Positions 48,359 to 58,109 of a DNA stretch of 64,000 bases are shown here, in pieces. This stretch comes from Candidatus Nanohaloarchaea archaeon (GTDB lineage: Archaea > Nanohalarchaeota > Nanosalinia > Nanosalinales > Nanosalinaceae): contig CP046106.1 of assembly GCA_013343275.1 (NCBI GenBank), positions 512,001 to 576,000 on the forward strand, read 5' to 3'. The number at the start of each line of letters is the position of its first letter. Within the stretch, counting starts at the first letter, position 1. The notes beneath the pieces were generated by a model. The model had not been told where the DNA came from. It ran no database searches and worked only from the letters and a program-made list of their open reading frames with translations. Made by a program: the position numbers and the translations under genes.

Positions 48359-48532
48359 ATGAGTTCAAACAAGTCACTAGGTAAGAAGAAAAGGCTTTCA
48401 AAAGCCAACAAGACAGCTAAATCCGCTCCACGATGGGTTTCACTGAAAGCGTTCGGTATGGACCGGGCAATGAAGAGGTCCATCAAGCCGCGTAAGAGCC
48501 GGCACTGGAGAAGAAACGACACCGACGAGTAA
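48359..48532 (+). CDS. rpl39e: 50S ribosomal protein L39e (not in ORF track)
   Basis: MSSNKSLGKKKRLSKA...PRWV...RHWRRND. Confidence 0.93.
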   Translation: MSSNKSLGKKKRLSKANKTAKSAPRWVSLKAFGMDRAMKRSIKPRKSRHWRRNDTDE

Positions 48533-48547
48533 TCGGGTTTTTGACAA

Positions 48548-48985
48548 ATGACAAGATACAAGTTCAACATTTCAAAGGCCAGAGTTGTAGGCCCGAACAA
48601 GCGTTCAAAGAAGGCAATGAGCATCCTGCGCGAGAAACTGCAGGACGCAGAAGGAGAGGTAAGTATATCTCCGGAGCTTAACCAGGCTATCTGGCAGAAA
48701 GGCGGAGGCAATCCCCCCTCCAAGATAGCTGTCGAAGTTGAAGAAGTCGCTGGAAGAAAAGTTGCAAGGCCTGCAGAAGAGAAAGGCAGAGAAGAAACTA
48801 CTTCTACGACCGAAGAAACAGCTTCCGAGAACTACAGCGACGTAGTCGGAGGTACAGTAGGAGATGCAAAGGACGCGATCTCCGAAATGGAGAATCCTGA
48901 CTACGAGGCACTTCTTGAGGCCGAGAAAGAAGGAAAAGATAGGAAGACTTTGAAGGAATTTATCGAAGGCAAGATGGAAGGATAA
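48548..48985 (+). CDS. rpl31e: 50S ribosomal protein L31e with C-terminal extra domain
   Basis: KRSKKAMSILRE, LNQAIWQKG..NPPSKI; position between rpl39e and aIF6. Confidence 0.88.
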   Translation: MTRYKFNISKARVVGPNKRSKKAMSILREKLQDAEGEVSISPELNQAIWQKGGGNPPSKIAVEVEEVAGRKVARPAEEKGREETTSTTEETASENYSDVVGGTVGDAKDAISEMENPDYEALLEAEKEGKDRKTLKEFIEGKMEG

Positions 48986-48989
48986 GAAA

Positions 48990-49637
48990 ATGGAACTTTC
49001 TCGCTACAACTACCTCGGCAACTCGAATATAGGCTTCTACGCCACAGTAACCAATTCCCAGGCTATCTTCCCTCCAGAGTTCAAGGAGAAAGAGATGTTC
49101 GATACTGAAGATATAGAGACATATGTAGCGAGAACCAGGCTTGTAGGCCTTTTCACCGCAGGCAACTCCAACAGCATTCTGGTACCTGACGTAGTTACAG
49201 ATGTAGAGAAGAGAAAGATGGAGAAGGCCGGCATAGAGTTCACAGAGATCAGCGCACAGGAAACAGCACTCGGTAACCTGGTGCTGGCGAACGACAAAGG
49301 CGCAGTTATCAGCAAGACATTGGAAGATCAGAAGGAGAAGATTGAGGAGGCCTTGCAGGTAGAGGCCGAAGTAATGGATATTGCAGGAACGCCTAACCCT
49401 GGTTCATGCGGGGTAGCAAACAGTAGAGGAGTACTCCTTCACAGAGATACTTCGGAAGAAACTGCCGAGAAAGTGAAAGAAGTTCTGGATGTAGAATACG
49501 TAGATATCGGGACCGTTAACACAGGATCGCCTTTCGTTGGCGCAGGGGTTCTGGCAAACGACAAAGCAGTTTTAACTGGCCAGGACACTTCAGGACCGGA
49601 AGTAGGCCGGATCGACCGCGTACTGGTCGAAAAATAG
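48990..49637 (+). CDS. eif6: Translation initiation factor aIF-6
   Basis: GNSNIG, GNLVLANDKG, GTVNTGSPFVGAG, TSGPE. Confidence 0.95.
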   Translation: MELSRYNYLGNSNIGFYATVTNSQAIFPPEFKEKEMFDTEDIETYVARTRLVGLFTAGNSNSILVPDVVTDVEKRKMEKAGIEFTEISAQETALGNLVLANDKGAVISKTLEDQKEKIEEALQVEAEVMDIAGTPNPGSCGVANSRGVLLHRDTSEETAEKVKEVLDVEYVDIGTVNTGSPFVGAGVLANDKAVLTGQDTSGPEVGRIDRVLVEK

Positions 49638-49740
49638 TTCTTCAGGCCTGTAAAACGAGGCCCAGACTTTTCTCGCATTATTTTTACCTTTGAATCATAA
49701 CGCTCTCTTTAAATTCAGGGCTTTTCCATTCTAAAATATT

Positions 49741-52254
49741 ATGCCAAACGTACTATGGTTCGAAAACATTACAGCAGACGATACCTCCAGAGTAGGGGGT
49801 AAGAGTGCCAACCTCGGAGAACTTCAGAACGAAGTGGACGTACCTGTACTGCCAGGATTTGCCACTACAGCCAGTGCCTACGAGCAGTTCATGAAGGAAA
49901 CCGGCCTAAAAGATACTATCGAAAACCTTCTCTCAGAACTCGATATCGATGATGTAAACGATCTTCAGAAGAGAGGGGAGAAGATCAGAGGCCATATCCA
50001 GGACGCAGATATGCCAGAAGACCTGAGAAAGGACTTCGTTAAATCATACAGAGAACTGGAGGAGAAGCTTGGCGTCGACGAACCAAAGGTCGCAGTACGT
50101 TCCAGTGCAACAGCAGAGGACCTGCCAGGAGCATCATTCGCAGGCCAGCAGGACACATATCTAAACGTCTCCGGAGAGACCGAACTTATCCAGAAAATCA
50201 AAGACTGCTTTGCCTCACTTTTCACCAACAGAGCGATCTCCTACCGTGAGGATAAAGGATTCAGCCACTTCGATGTCAAGCTTTCTGCTGTAGTACAGAA
50301 GATGGGCCGTTCCGATACAGGATCCGCAGGAGTTATGTTCACACTCGATCCCGACAGCGGGTTCGACGAAGTAGTTACAATTAACGCAGCGTACGGTCTC
50401 GGAGATCTGGTTGTCGCAGGAGAGGTCAACCCAGACGAATTCACAGTACTGAAGAGAAACATGGGAATACTTGAAAGAAAGACCGGCGACAAGGAAATCA
50501 AGCTGGTTAGAAGCGAGGAAGAAGGGAAAGACAATGAAAGAGTCAAAGTACCTCAGGAAGAACGTGAAAAATACTGCATCACCGACAACCAGGTGAAAGA
50601 ACTCGCGAAGTACGGAATGAAGATCGAAGAGCACTACGGAAAACCCATGGATATTGAATGGGTGCTTGACGGCCAGACCAAGGAACTCTACATAGTCCAG
50701 GCCCGTCCAGAAACCGTACAGAGCGAGAAAGACGAAAACGTAATCGAAAACTACAAACTGAAAGAAGAATCTGAAGTACTTCTCGAGGGAGAGGCCATCG
50801 GCTCCAAGATCGGAAGCGGAGAGGCCCACGTACTGGACAGCCCGAAGCAGATCGACAAGTTCGAGGAGGGAGAGGTCCTGGTAACCGATATGACCGATCC
50901 TGACTGGGAACCGATCATGAAAAAGGCCGGAGCAATAGTCACGAACAAAGGAGGCCGAACCAGTCACGCAGCAATCGTCTCCAGAGAGCTGGGAGTACCG
51001 GCTGTAATCGGAACCGAAACCGCAACCTCAGAACTACACGACGGCCAGAACGTAACAGTCGATGGATCATCATCTACAGGAAAGATCTGGGAAGGTGCTC
51101 TCGAATTCGACATCGAGGAACACCACCTGGACGAGATACCGGAGACAGATACCGACGTACAGATCAATATTGGAGAACCAAGCGAGGTATTCAACCTTGC
51201 CCAGCTACCGGTCGATGGAGTAGGCCTTGCAAGAGAAGAGTTCATAATCTCCTCACATGTAGGAGAACACCCTCTGCACCTGATCGAGGAGGACAGAGGC
51301 GACGAATACGTGGAGGCCCTGCGTTCCGGCATAGGTAAGATCGGGGCCGCATTCTATCCCGACCAGGTAGTGGTAAGGCTTTCTGATTTCAAGTCAGATG
51401 AGTACGCACAGCTTGAAGGAGGAGAAAAATATGAGCCTGACGAGGCCAACCCTATGCTTGGTTTCAGAGGCGCCTCCCGTTACTACGACGACGAGTTCAC
51501 CAAGGCCTTCGAACTGGAGTGTGAGGCCCTGCGTAAATGTGTCGATGAGCTAGGCCTCGATAACCTGACAGTTATGGTTCCTTTCTGCCGTACAATAGAG
51601 GAGGCCAGGAAGGTCCGTGCAAAGATGAAAGAGTACGGCCTGGACCAGGGCGACATCGAGGTATACGTCATGGCAGAGATACCGGCGAATATCCTGCAGG
51701 CCGAGGAGTTCGCAGAGACCTTCGACGGGTTCTCGGTCGGTACCAACGACCTCACACAGCTGACTCTCGGAGTCGACCGCAACAGCGATAAACTGTCGCA
51801 TGTATTCGATGAGAGAGACGAGGCCGTGAAGAAATCGGTCAGAACCTTGATCAACAAGGCCCATCGTAAAGACCGGCACGTAGGCATCTGCGGAGACGCA
51901 CCTTCTACACACGACGAGTACGCCCAATTCCTTGTAGACGCAGGAATCGACGCAATCTCTGTATCACCGGACGTAGCCCTCGAGACAATTATGAAAGTAG
52001 CGGAGATCGAGGAAAACCAGGACGAGAGAAGCTCTGTGGAAGTCGATGTGGATGTAGAGGCCGATATAGGAAGTACCGCAGGCCAGATCTACGATACACT
52101 GAACCAGCAGGGCAAGACCACAGCCAACAAGATTCTGGAAACAGCTTCAGGAGTCAGTTCAAAGAAACTGAACCAGGCCCTCGGATGGCTTGCCAAGGAA
52201 GGCAAGATAGAGGTAGAGGAAGACGATGAAGGCAAGAAGTACTCTCTGAGATAA
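49741..52254 (+). CDS. ppsA: Phosphoenolpyruvate synthase with C-terminal winged-helix extension
   Basis: VGGK.ANLGE, RSSATAED, GGRTSHAAIVSRE, NPMLGFRG, GTNDLTQ. Confidence 0.96.
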   Translation: MPNVLWFENITADDTSRVGGKSANLGELQNEVDVPVLPGFATTASAYEQFMKETGLKDTIENLLSELDIDDVNDLQKRGEKIRGHIQDADMPEDLRKDFVKSYRELEEKLGVDEPKVAVRSSATAEDLPGASFAGQQDTYLNVSGETELIQKIKDCFASLFTNRAISYREDKGFSHFDVKLSAVVQKMGRSDTGSAGVMFTLDPDSGFDEVVTINAAYGLGDLVVAGEVNPDEFTVLKRNMGILERKTGDKEIKLVRSEEEGKDNERVKVPQEEREKYCITDNQVKELAKYGMKIEEHYGKPMDIEWVLDGQTKELYIVQARPETVQSEKDENVIENYKLKEESEVLLEGEAIGSKIGSGEAHVLDSPKQIDKFEEGEVLVTDMTDPDWEPIMKKAGAIVTNKGGRTSHAAIVSRELGVPAVIGTETATSELHDGQNVTVDGSSSTGKIWEGALEFDIEEHHLDEIPETDTDVQINIGEPSEVFNLAQLPVDGVGLAREEFIISSHVGEHPLHLIEEDRGDEYVEALRSGIGKIGAAFYPDQVVVRLSDFKSDEYAQLEGGEKYEPDEANPMLGFRGASRYYDDEFTKAFELECEALRKCVDELGLDNLTVMVPFCRTIEEARKVRAKMKEYGLDQGDIEVYVMAEIPANILQAEEFAETFDGFSVGTNDLTQLTLGVDRNSDKLSHVFDERDEAVKKSVRTLINKAHRKDRHVGICGDAPSTHDEYAQFLVDAGIDAISVSPDVALETIMKVAEIEENQDERSSVEVDVDVEADIGSTAGQIYDTLNQQGKTTANKILETASGVSSKKLNQALGWLAKEGKIEVEEDDEGKKYSLR

Positions 52255-52285
52255 GGCCTCTACTCCCAAAAATTCTCTTACTCTT

Positions 52286-52702
52286 TTATTTTATCCCAAT
52301 TACCTGATGCTCTACTCTCTGGCCATCATGCTTCAGAATTACATCATACCTGCCATCGGGAATGCTTGAAGTCTGTGCCTTGTAGACTACGGAGGCCAGG
52401 CATGAGTTAAAGTAATTGGCCGGTGCCTGAGTCTCGTTCTTTGCTATAATATCCAATTTGATAGTGTCCCCGCTTCTGCTGTACCTGTAGGAAAGATCGG
52501 CCTCGGTATTGTTTACAGGGTAGTGTCCGCTGAAAGCCAGAACGTTACCCGGCTTCAAGCTTATATCAAAGCCGGTCGTTCTATCGTAACGGCACTCTGT
52601 CTCCAGATCTGTGAAGTTAATCTGTTCTGATGGTGTTTCAAGAGCCAGAAAAGCCAGTGCAAGAACTAGAACCCCTCCCGTAACAAGCCAAAACCTGTTC
52701 AT
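52286..52702 (-). CDS. Secreted or membrane-anchored hypothetical protein
   Basis: N-terminal hydrophobic helix, beta-rich body, 2 Cys. Confidence 0.75.
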   Translation of the reverse strand: MNRFWLVTGGVLVLALAFLALETPSEQINFTDLETECRYDRTTGFDISLKPGNVLAFSGHYPVNNTEADLSYRYSRSGDTIKLDIIAKNETQAPANYFNSCLASVVYKAQTSSIPDGRYDVILKHDGQRVEHQVIGIK

Positions 52703-52814
52703 AACTACCGATTGTTAGTAAAAAGTTTTAAAGTCTGCGGAGTAACACATCAAGGTTTTTCTGGAGGCCGCCCTCACCTAGATTTATTAACCTGAGAGCG
52801 AAAACAATTGTTAG

Positions 52815-52904
52815 ATGTCTAAAGGCAGGATAATAGGCCTTATTTCAGGTAAAGGCGGCGTAGGGAAGACCGGTCTAACAGTAAACCTTGTCTGTATCTG
52901 TTAA
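52815..52904 (+). pseudogene. 5' fragment of MinD/ParA-family ATPase (29 aa)
   Basis: Hand translation MSKGRIIGLISGKGGVGKTGLTVNLVCIC*: deviant Walker A KGGVGKT followed by an early stop. Confidence 0.8.
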
Positions 52905-53084
52905 ACCTATGCAGCCACCGTTGAAAGGTAGGCCTCTGCAGGTCTTCACCTCTGTATAGCAGGTACCGGTTGCCGTTGAGTAGGTCAGGCCCTGTGTAAA
53001 TAGAAATACGGCTGCTGCGGCTATAACTGCTGCAGAGATCTTGAGGACCTGTTCTATGTTCAGTTTGCGGGGAACGTTTTTCAT
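52875..53084 (-). pseudogene. Probably truncated membrane-anchored Cys-containing protein
   Basis: TCYTEVKTCRGLPFNGGCIG resembles VGYTEIDVQCLGVNAGGFCLG of 60775-61233 but stops early. Confidence 0.55.
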
Positions 53085-53138
53085 GTTTTTATATTGTTTT
53101 AAGTAATAGCTTTAAGGGTAAGGTGAGAAATTTTAGTT

Positions 53139-53540
53139 ATGGCTATCGAACTCTGGATGGTTTTTGAGGCAGTTAGTAACGAGCAGGAGAAAGTTGAAGA
53201 AGCTCTAGATGAACACATTGAGGGATTGGAGAGCGAGGAAGAAGTTGAGATCCAGGAAGTTAACTGGGAGGAGGCTTCGAAAGTTAAAGACCCTCACCCT
53301 GACCTAGACGAAGGTTTCTCGAAGATTGTAGAAGTTGTACTTGAAACAGACTCATTCAACAAGGCTGTAGAGATAACCATCAACTATGGACCTACCTACG
53401 TACAGATAGAAGGCCCTGAGAACTTCAATCTTACACTGAAGGATAGCCAGGAGGCCCTACAGAAAGTTGCCGACACTATGCATAACTATGCTCAGATGGG
53501 GGCTGGTGGAGTACTTATATCTAAATCAGGAGAAGAATAG
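53139..53540 (+). CDS. Acidic hypothetical protein
   Basis: 133 aa ORF with TTTAAG TATA upstream. Confidence 0.8.
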   Translation: MAIELWMVFEAVSNEQEKVEEALDEHIEGLESEEEVEIQEVNWEEASKVKDPHPDLDEGFSKIVEVVLETDSFNKAVEITINYGPTYVQIEGPENFNLTLKDSQEALQKVADTMHNYAQMGAGGVLISKSGEE

Positions 53541-53565
53541 AAGGTTTTTGAGAGACAAGGATAGC

Positions 53566-54456
53566 ATGAAGAAACTACTGGTCTGTCTGTTGCTCTTAGC
53601 ATCTATTTCCACAGCGTCAGCGACCGTTGTGGCTCATGAGAACGTGACTGTGGATCTCGAGGACTCCAGTTTCGATGTGAATTTGGATATCCGGGAGTTA
53701 ACTTCCGATAGTTTGACCTATGTTATTGCATACCCCATAGATAATCTTGAAGCAAAGATTAACGGCGAGAAAGCAGGTTGCTACGTTAAGGACCTGCAGA
53801 TAGGTTCGGAGATACATTGCAGAACCAATAAAACAAGCAACTTCACTGCTCATTTCCGGTTTCAGGCCTCGGGAATTACCTCGGACAGAGAGAGCGTGAA
53901 TTACTTCCAGTATACACGGGCTTTCAGAGTTCCGACAGATAATTATCGGCTTAAGGTAGTACTGCCTGAGGACTCCGGAATAGTTAACGACGAGAACATT
54001 TCACAGCCAGTAATCTCCCCGAGCTATGGCCAGACAGGAAGTGATGGCCAGAGAATCTTTGTGGAGTGGCAGACGAATCCGCGCCTAGGTGGCGAACCTA
54101 TCACATTCAGCATATTTTATAACGAGCCGGAGGAAGATTTCGGGCTAGTACAGTACATAGGTATAGCGCTCTTGGCCGCACTGATTCTGCTCCTTGGATT
54201 CTCAGTATGGAGAAGAATCTCCAAGATAGATATTTCAGAGGCCTACGAAGATCTGGATCAGGATCAGAAAGATATAGTGGAATTGCTGCGTGAAAACGAG
54301 GGTAGCATGCTTCAGAAGGATGTAGTGGATAGTTCAGAGTACTCAAAGGCCAAGGTCTCTGGAGTAGTGTCAGAACTTGTAGATAAAGGTGTTATAGAGA
54401 AGGAGAAAGAAGGTAGAAGTAACAAGCTTAAGATCTCCGACAAGTACAGTTTCTAG
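53566..54456 (+). CDS. Membrane-anchored winged-helix regulator (extracellular domain, TM, wHTH)
   Basis: Signal peptide, TM helix, then QKDVV...YSKAKVS.VVSELVDKGVIEKEKEGRSN. Confidence 0.85.
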   Translation: MKKLLVCLLLLASISTASATVVAHENVTVDLEDSSFDVNLDIRELTSDSLTYVIAYPIDNLEAKINGEKAGCYVKDLQIGSEIHCRTNKTSNFTAHFRFQASGITSDRESVNYFQYTRAFRVPTDNYRLKVVLPEDSGIVNDENISQPVISPSYGQTGSDGQRIFVEWQTNPRLGGEPITFSIFYNEPEEDFGLVQYIGIALLAALILLLGFSVWRRISKIDISEAYEDLDQDQKDIVELLRENEGSMLQKDVVDSSEYSKAKVSGVVSELVDKGVIEKEKEGRSNKLKISDKYSF

Positions 54457-54457
54457 A

Positions 54458-54748
54458 TCAGTTGCTTACTGCTATGTTCCACCATCTTACGCTACCGTTG
54501 TAGCTCTTTCTGCAGACACATTTCAGTTCGGCAGATTCGTTTACCTTTTCCGGTAAATCTGTCTCAACCTGTTCAGGGGTAAAGCAGTCTACCGTGCCCT
54601 TGAAGCTCTTGTTCTGCATTATATTTGTCTCAAGAGTATCACAGTAACCTGCCTTCATTTCCTGGCTATTACCAGAGATTAGCTCTGCGGATAGTCCTCC
54701 TGCTACTATTCCTGCAATAAGCGCCGTTATCAGCATAAACTTCTCCAT
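54458..54748 (-). CDS. Small secreted Cys-containing protein
   Basis: Signal-like N-terminus; 4 Cys. Confidence 0.65.
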   Translation of the reverse strand: MEKFMLITALIAGIVAGGLSAELISGNSQEMKAGYCDTLETNIMQNKSFKGTVDCFTPEQVETDLPEKVNESAELKCVCRKSYNGSVRWWNIAVSN

Positions 54749-54752
54749 TAAT

Positions 54753-55424
54753 TTATTCACCTGTACTATTCGTAAACCGCTCTTCAATATAACCTCTTGA
54801 CCTGTAACCATGTATAACCATTTCCCTGTTTATAACCAGGGCCGGAGGCTCAGAGATATTGTACTGGTGCTTCAGCACACTCACCATTCCATCATCCATG
54901 CTGGTAGGAACCGAGAAAATCAGGAGGTCATCCTGATACTTCTGCTTCAGAAGACTGAGCTGCTGGCCCTGCCTCTTACAGGCCCCACATTCCGATGCCT
55001 GAAGAGTTTCAGTGAAGAAAAGCACAGTATTCGCATTGTAGTCGCATTCCTTCTTTAATTCTCCTACAAACATCCAGTAACGAAGGCCTGAAAGCACGTA
55101 ACGCCTCTTTATCTGCTTGAAATTCCCAGCATTCATGATACTGTTCTTCTGGTATTCCTGAACCTTGTTCAGCCTCATATTGTAGTCTTTGATCATGTTG
55201 GTAAGGCCTTCTTCCATAGTAGAGCAGGACTGCACTTGGTTCGATCTCAGATAGGTAAGCTGAAGGTTCTGGCTCTGTAATTCCACCACGTCCTCATTCA
55301 ACTCTGCCTGCAGCCTCTCCGACCTCCTGTCATCCATAAAGTTGCTGAAGAGAATTCCCAGACTAAACACTAGTACAGTCAGCAGCGCTGCAAACAGGTA
55401 ACGGTATTTCTGTATTTCTCTCAT
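54753..55424 (-). CDS. Membrane-anchored protein with thioredoxin-like CxxC domain
   Basis: N-terminal TM, coiled region, CGAC, ...PPALVIN. Confidence 0.7.
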   Translation of the reverse strand: MREIQKYRYLFAALLTVLVFSLGILFSNFMDDRRSERLQAELNEDVVELQSQNLQLTYLRSNQVQSCSTMEEGLTNMIKDYNMRLNKVQEYQKNSIMNAGNFKQIKRRYVLSGLRYWMFVGELKKECDYNANTVLFFTETLQASECGACKRQGQQLSLLKQKYQDDLLIFSVPTSMDDGMVSVLKHQYNISEPPALVINREMVIHGYRSRGYIEERFTNSTGE

Positions 55425-55426
55425 CG

Positions 55427-56845
55427 CTAATTCACTCTGTATATACTGTAGTTACAGCTTTCACCTTTATCTTGATAAACATTCATATAATTCCTCTCCA
55501 CACTCTGCTCGAAGGCCTGTATTGAGGCCTTGCAGTCCTTGTCTCCCGGGAAACAGTACCAGGCACAGCTGTTTACGGAGATATAATCTGCTGTTCTCTG
55601 GGCGGCCTGATAACTGCTGTTCAGTGTCAATGGAGGTAGAGGATAGTACTTGAAATCGCCGTAAGGCATTATTCCAGCATCGTTCGCAGCCACAGTACCT
55701 GTCAGGTTGCTGTGAGCCTGATAGAAGTCCACTCGGGCCTCATTTACGTACCGGTTCTGGCCGTAAGTAATACCTGCAGAGATCAGAACCGCCAGGACCA
55801 GAAGGCCTGTTACAGCGAGATTTTTCCTGTCAAAGCTAACTCTATCCATTAACTCTCCATCCATCAACTGTTTCAATCCTTCTGCGGAGATCAAGGCCAT
55901 CAGAGGAAGGAACAGCAGCATGAAGCGGGTCTCCTTCCTCGGGAACGAGGCGAAGAATAGGTAGAGCAGCGAGAAAGCTGATGTAAACCCATAGTAACTG
56001 CTTTTCCTGTACTTCACTATGAAGTAAAGGCCTACAGGCAGAAGGATTAGGAATGGATTTACTTTTACGCCGTTGAACATGTAGTACAGGCCGTACATGT
56101 ACGAGCTTTCTGTAGAGGCTGGTATCGAAAAGCCACGTATGAAAGGCTGCAGAAAGCTTCCATAGACATATTTGTTGGCTAAGAGGTAAGGTGTGGCCAG
56201 TGTGAAAAATCCTGCAGTATAGACTGCCGAAGCCTTGAAGGCCTCCATTAATTCCTCTCTGTTGCAGTATACCAGATAGAAGACTGCTGCTGGCCCCACT
56301 ATTGCTGCAGGGAACCTGGTTAGGAATGCAAGGCCGCCTAAAAGGCCTGCTAGATAGATCTTCTTCTTAGTTGCCAGGTAGATGGATGTGAATACCAGGA
56401 AGGATGCAGGTATCCCTGTCAGCAGCATGTTAGTGTAGTATACAAATGTAAATGTGGCTGCAGTTATCCCGGCAGTGTAGGCTGCTGTCTTTCTGTCGAA
56501 TAGATCTTTTACCATTACGTAGACTCCTGTAAGCCCTGTTACTGAGATAGTTACTGCCAGCAGCCTAGTGAATCCTTCGGCCGGCATACCTAGTTTCCAT
56601 AGGGCTCCGAGAACGACAGGTAGCATTGGAGGCCTGAACTGCTCCCACAGCCCGATATTTCCACCTGAGAAAAGTGCTTTGCCCATCCCCCAGTAGATAG
56701 CTGTATCCCATATCAATGGGTGTGTCCAGATTCTGGATAGAATGAAAAGCTGTGCTAGAGCAAAAACAGTTATTATCGATGTAAAGGCCTTGTTACTGTA
56801 AATCCAGTTCCTGATGTTCTCGAAGATCTGACGATCTGCAGGCAT
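55427..56845 (-). CDS. GT-C (ArnT/PMT-like) membrane glycosyltransferase
   Basis: WDTAIY, RPPMLP, LAFLTRF, KETRFML; multi-TM. Confidence 0.85.
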   Translation of the reverse strand: MPADRQIFENIRNWIYSNKAFTSIITVFALAQLFILSRIWTHPLIWDTAIYWGMGKALFSGGNIGLWEQFRPPMLPVVLGALWKLGMPAEGFTRLLAVTISVTGLTGVYVMVKDLFDRKTAAYTAGITAATFTFVYYTNMLLTGIPASFLVFTSIYLATKKKIYLAGLLGGLAFLTRFPAAIVGPAAVFYLVYCNREELMEAFKASAVYTAGFFTLATPYLLANKYVYGSFLQPFIRGFSIPASTESSYMYGLYYMFNGVKVNPFLILLPVGLYFIVKYRKSSYYGFTSAFSLLYLFFASFPRKETRFMLLFLPLMALISAEGLKQLMDGELMDRVSFDRKNLAVTGLLVLAVLISAGITYGQNRYVNEARVDFYQAHSNLTGTVAANDAGIMPYGDFKYYPLPPLTLNSSYQAAQRTADYISVNSCAWYCFPGDKDCKASIQAFEQSVERNYMNVYQDKGESCNYSIYRVN

Positions 56846-56922
56846 GTTAAAGAATTTCTGCAGTAACCCACATAAATCCTGCGCCCATCAAAGGAGAGAA
56901 GATGGGTTTTTGTAAGAAGATT

Positions 56923-58095
56923 TTACTCTTTCTGTATCTCTCTGAGGAATACTGTGGCGTACGAACCTTTTGGCAGGTCGAACTTGACCGTCATCTTGTT
57001 CTTCGCCATGTTCAGAGAGTCATCCCCGATATCCAGTATCTCAAAGTTCCGGAAGTCAGCGAAGGCACGCCGGTAACTCCCTTCAGACCGGAGTTCTGGA
57101 AGGTCTGAAAGTCTGAAGTCGTCCTGTGAAACACCTTCTTCCTCCAGAACTTCCTCCATCAGGTTCTCCGGTTTCTCATCCTTCAGATCTGTTTTGTAAC
57201 CTACAAGAGGGATCTCATAGTCCTCTTCGTACCATCCGTCAGCGAGAAGCTGTGAGAGAACGCGGTTGTAAACCCATGATTGATATGCGTGTATGAAAAG
57301 TGTCTGCAGGCCTTCAGGCAGCCTTTTGATCGCACCTTGATAGTCTTCCGGGTGCTTGGTCAGGTGGTACAGCAGTGTCTTCTCGTACCGATACTTCTTC
57401 GGGAATTTCTCTGCAGCACCTTCGACCTCTCTGGTTTCCCACAGCTCTTCCCTGGTCTTTCTGATGCTCTTGTACTCCTGGTCATAAGGCTTGGCGATAT
57501 ACGTCCAGACGGCCTCTTCATAGTTTCCTTTCAGAAGATGGCGGCCTACCTGATGCGTGATAGGTCGTGTGGAACCAAATCTCTGAGGGCCGAAGTAGTT
57601 AGGGAACTTTCCATCCATTTCATCTACTATCTTCAGTGTTCTGTTCCTGAGATCCTCTATCGGCAGGTTCAAATCCCTGATAGTGATCTCAAACCTGTTT
57701 GCAGACAGGTTGCCTACTCCTATCTTGTGGCCGTATCCTACTACTTCCAGATCAAATTCGTCAGTATATATTCCGCGGATATCCTCTGGATCTACTCCTT
57801 TCACAGAGATATACTGTTCTGTAACCGCTTTCTTGTCCTTGTTACCAGCGTAACCTATCCTGTCCTTCGAAATATGGAGCATGCTAGACAGCTTGTCTAT
57901 AGCATCCATTGTCGTCATGTTCTGTTTCCTGAGCTTGACTATGAGGTGATCTCCTTCCCCTGTCTCGTGGCTCGCAAGCTCTCTAACTACAAAATCGTTT
58001 ACCTGTTCTTTTAGAGCACCGTCTATACCAAAAGTATCTGTATAGTACTCCCAATCCATTTCCGACAAGTTTACCGTAGTATTTTCCATTTCCAT
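56923..58095 (-). CDS. truD: tRNA pseudouridine(13) synthase TruD
   Basis: YAGNKDKKAVTEQ, PNYFGPQRFG, HAYQS, LPKGSYAT. Confidence 0.96.
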   Translation of the reverse strand: MEMENTTVNLSEMDWEYYTDTFGIDGALKEQVNDFVVRELASHETGEGDHLIVKLRKQNMTTMDAIDKLSSMLHISKDRIGYAGNKDKKAVTEQYISVKGVDPEDIRGIYTDEFDLEVVGYGHKIGVGNLSANRFEITIRDLNLPIEDLRNRTLKIVDEMDGKFPNYFGPQRFGSTRPITHQVGRHLLKGNYEEAVWTYIAKPYDQEYKSIRKTREELWETREVEGAAEKFPKKYRYEKTLLYHLTKHPEDYQGAIKRLPEGLQTLFIHAYQSWVYNRVLSQLLADGWYEEDYEIPLVGYKTDLKDEKPENLMEEVLEEEGVSQDDFRLSDLPELRSEGSYRRAFADFRNFEILDIGDDSLNMAKNKMTVKFDLPKGSYATVFLREIQKE

Positions 58096-58109
58096 CTTCT
58101 CAAAACCTC

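Noticed and set aside
57280-58014. Long antisense ORFs (e.g. 244 aa opposite truD; others opposite ppsA, thrS, infB)
   Set aside because: Shadow frames of well-supported genes, with no motifs and composition unlike the acidic proteome.
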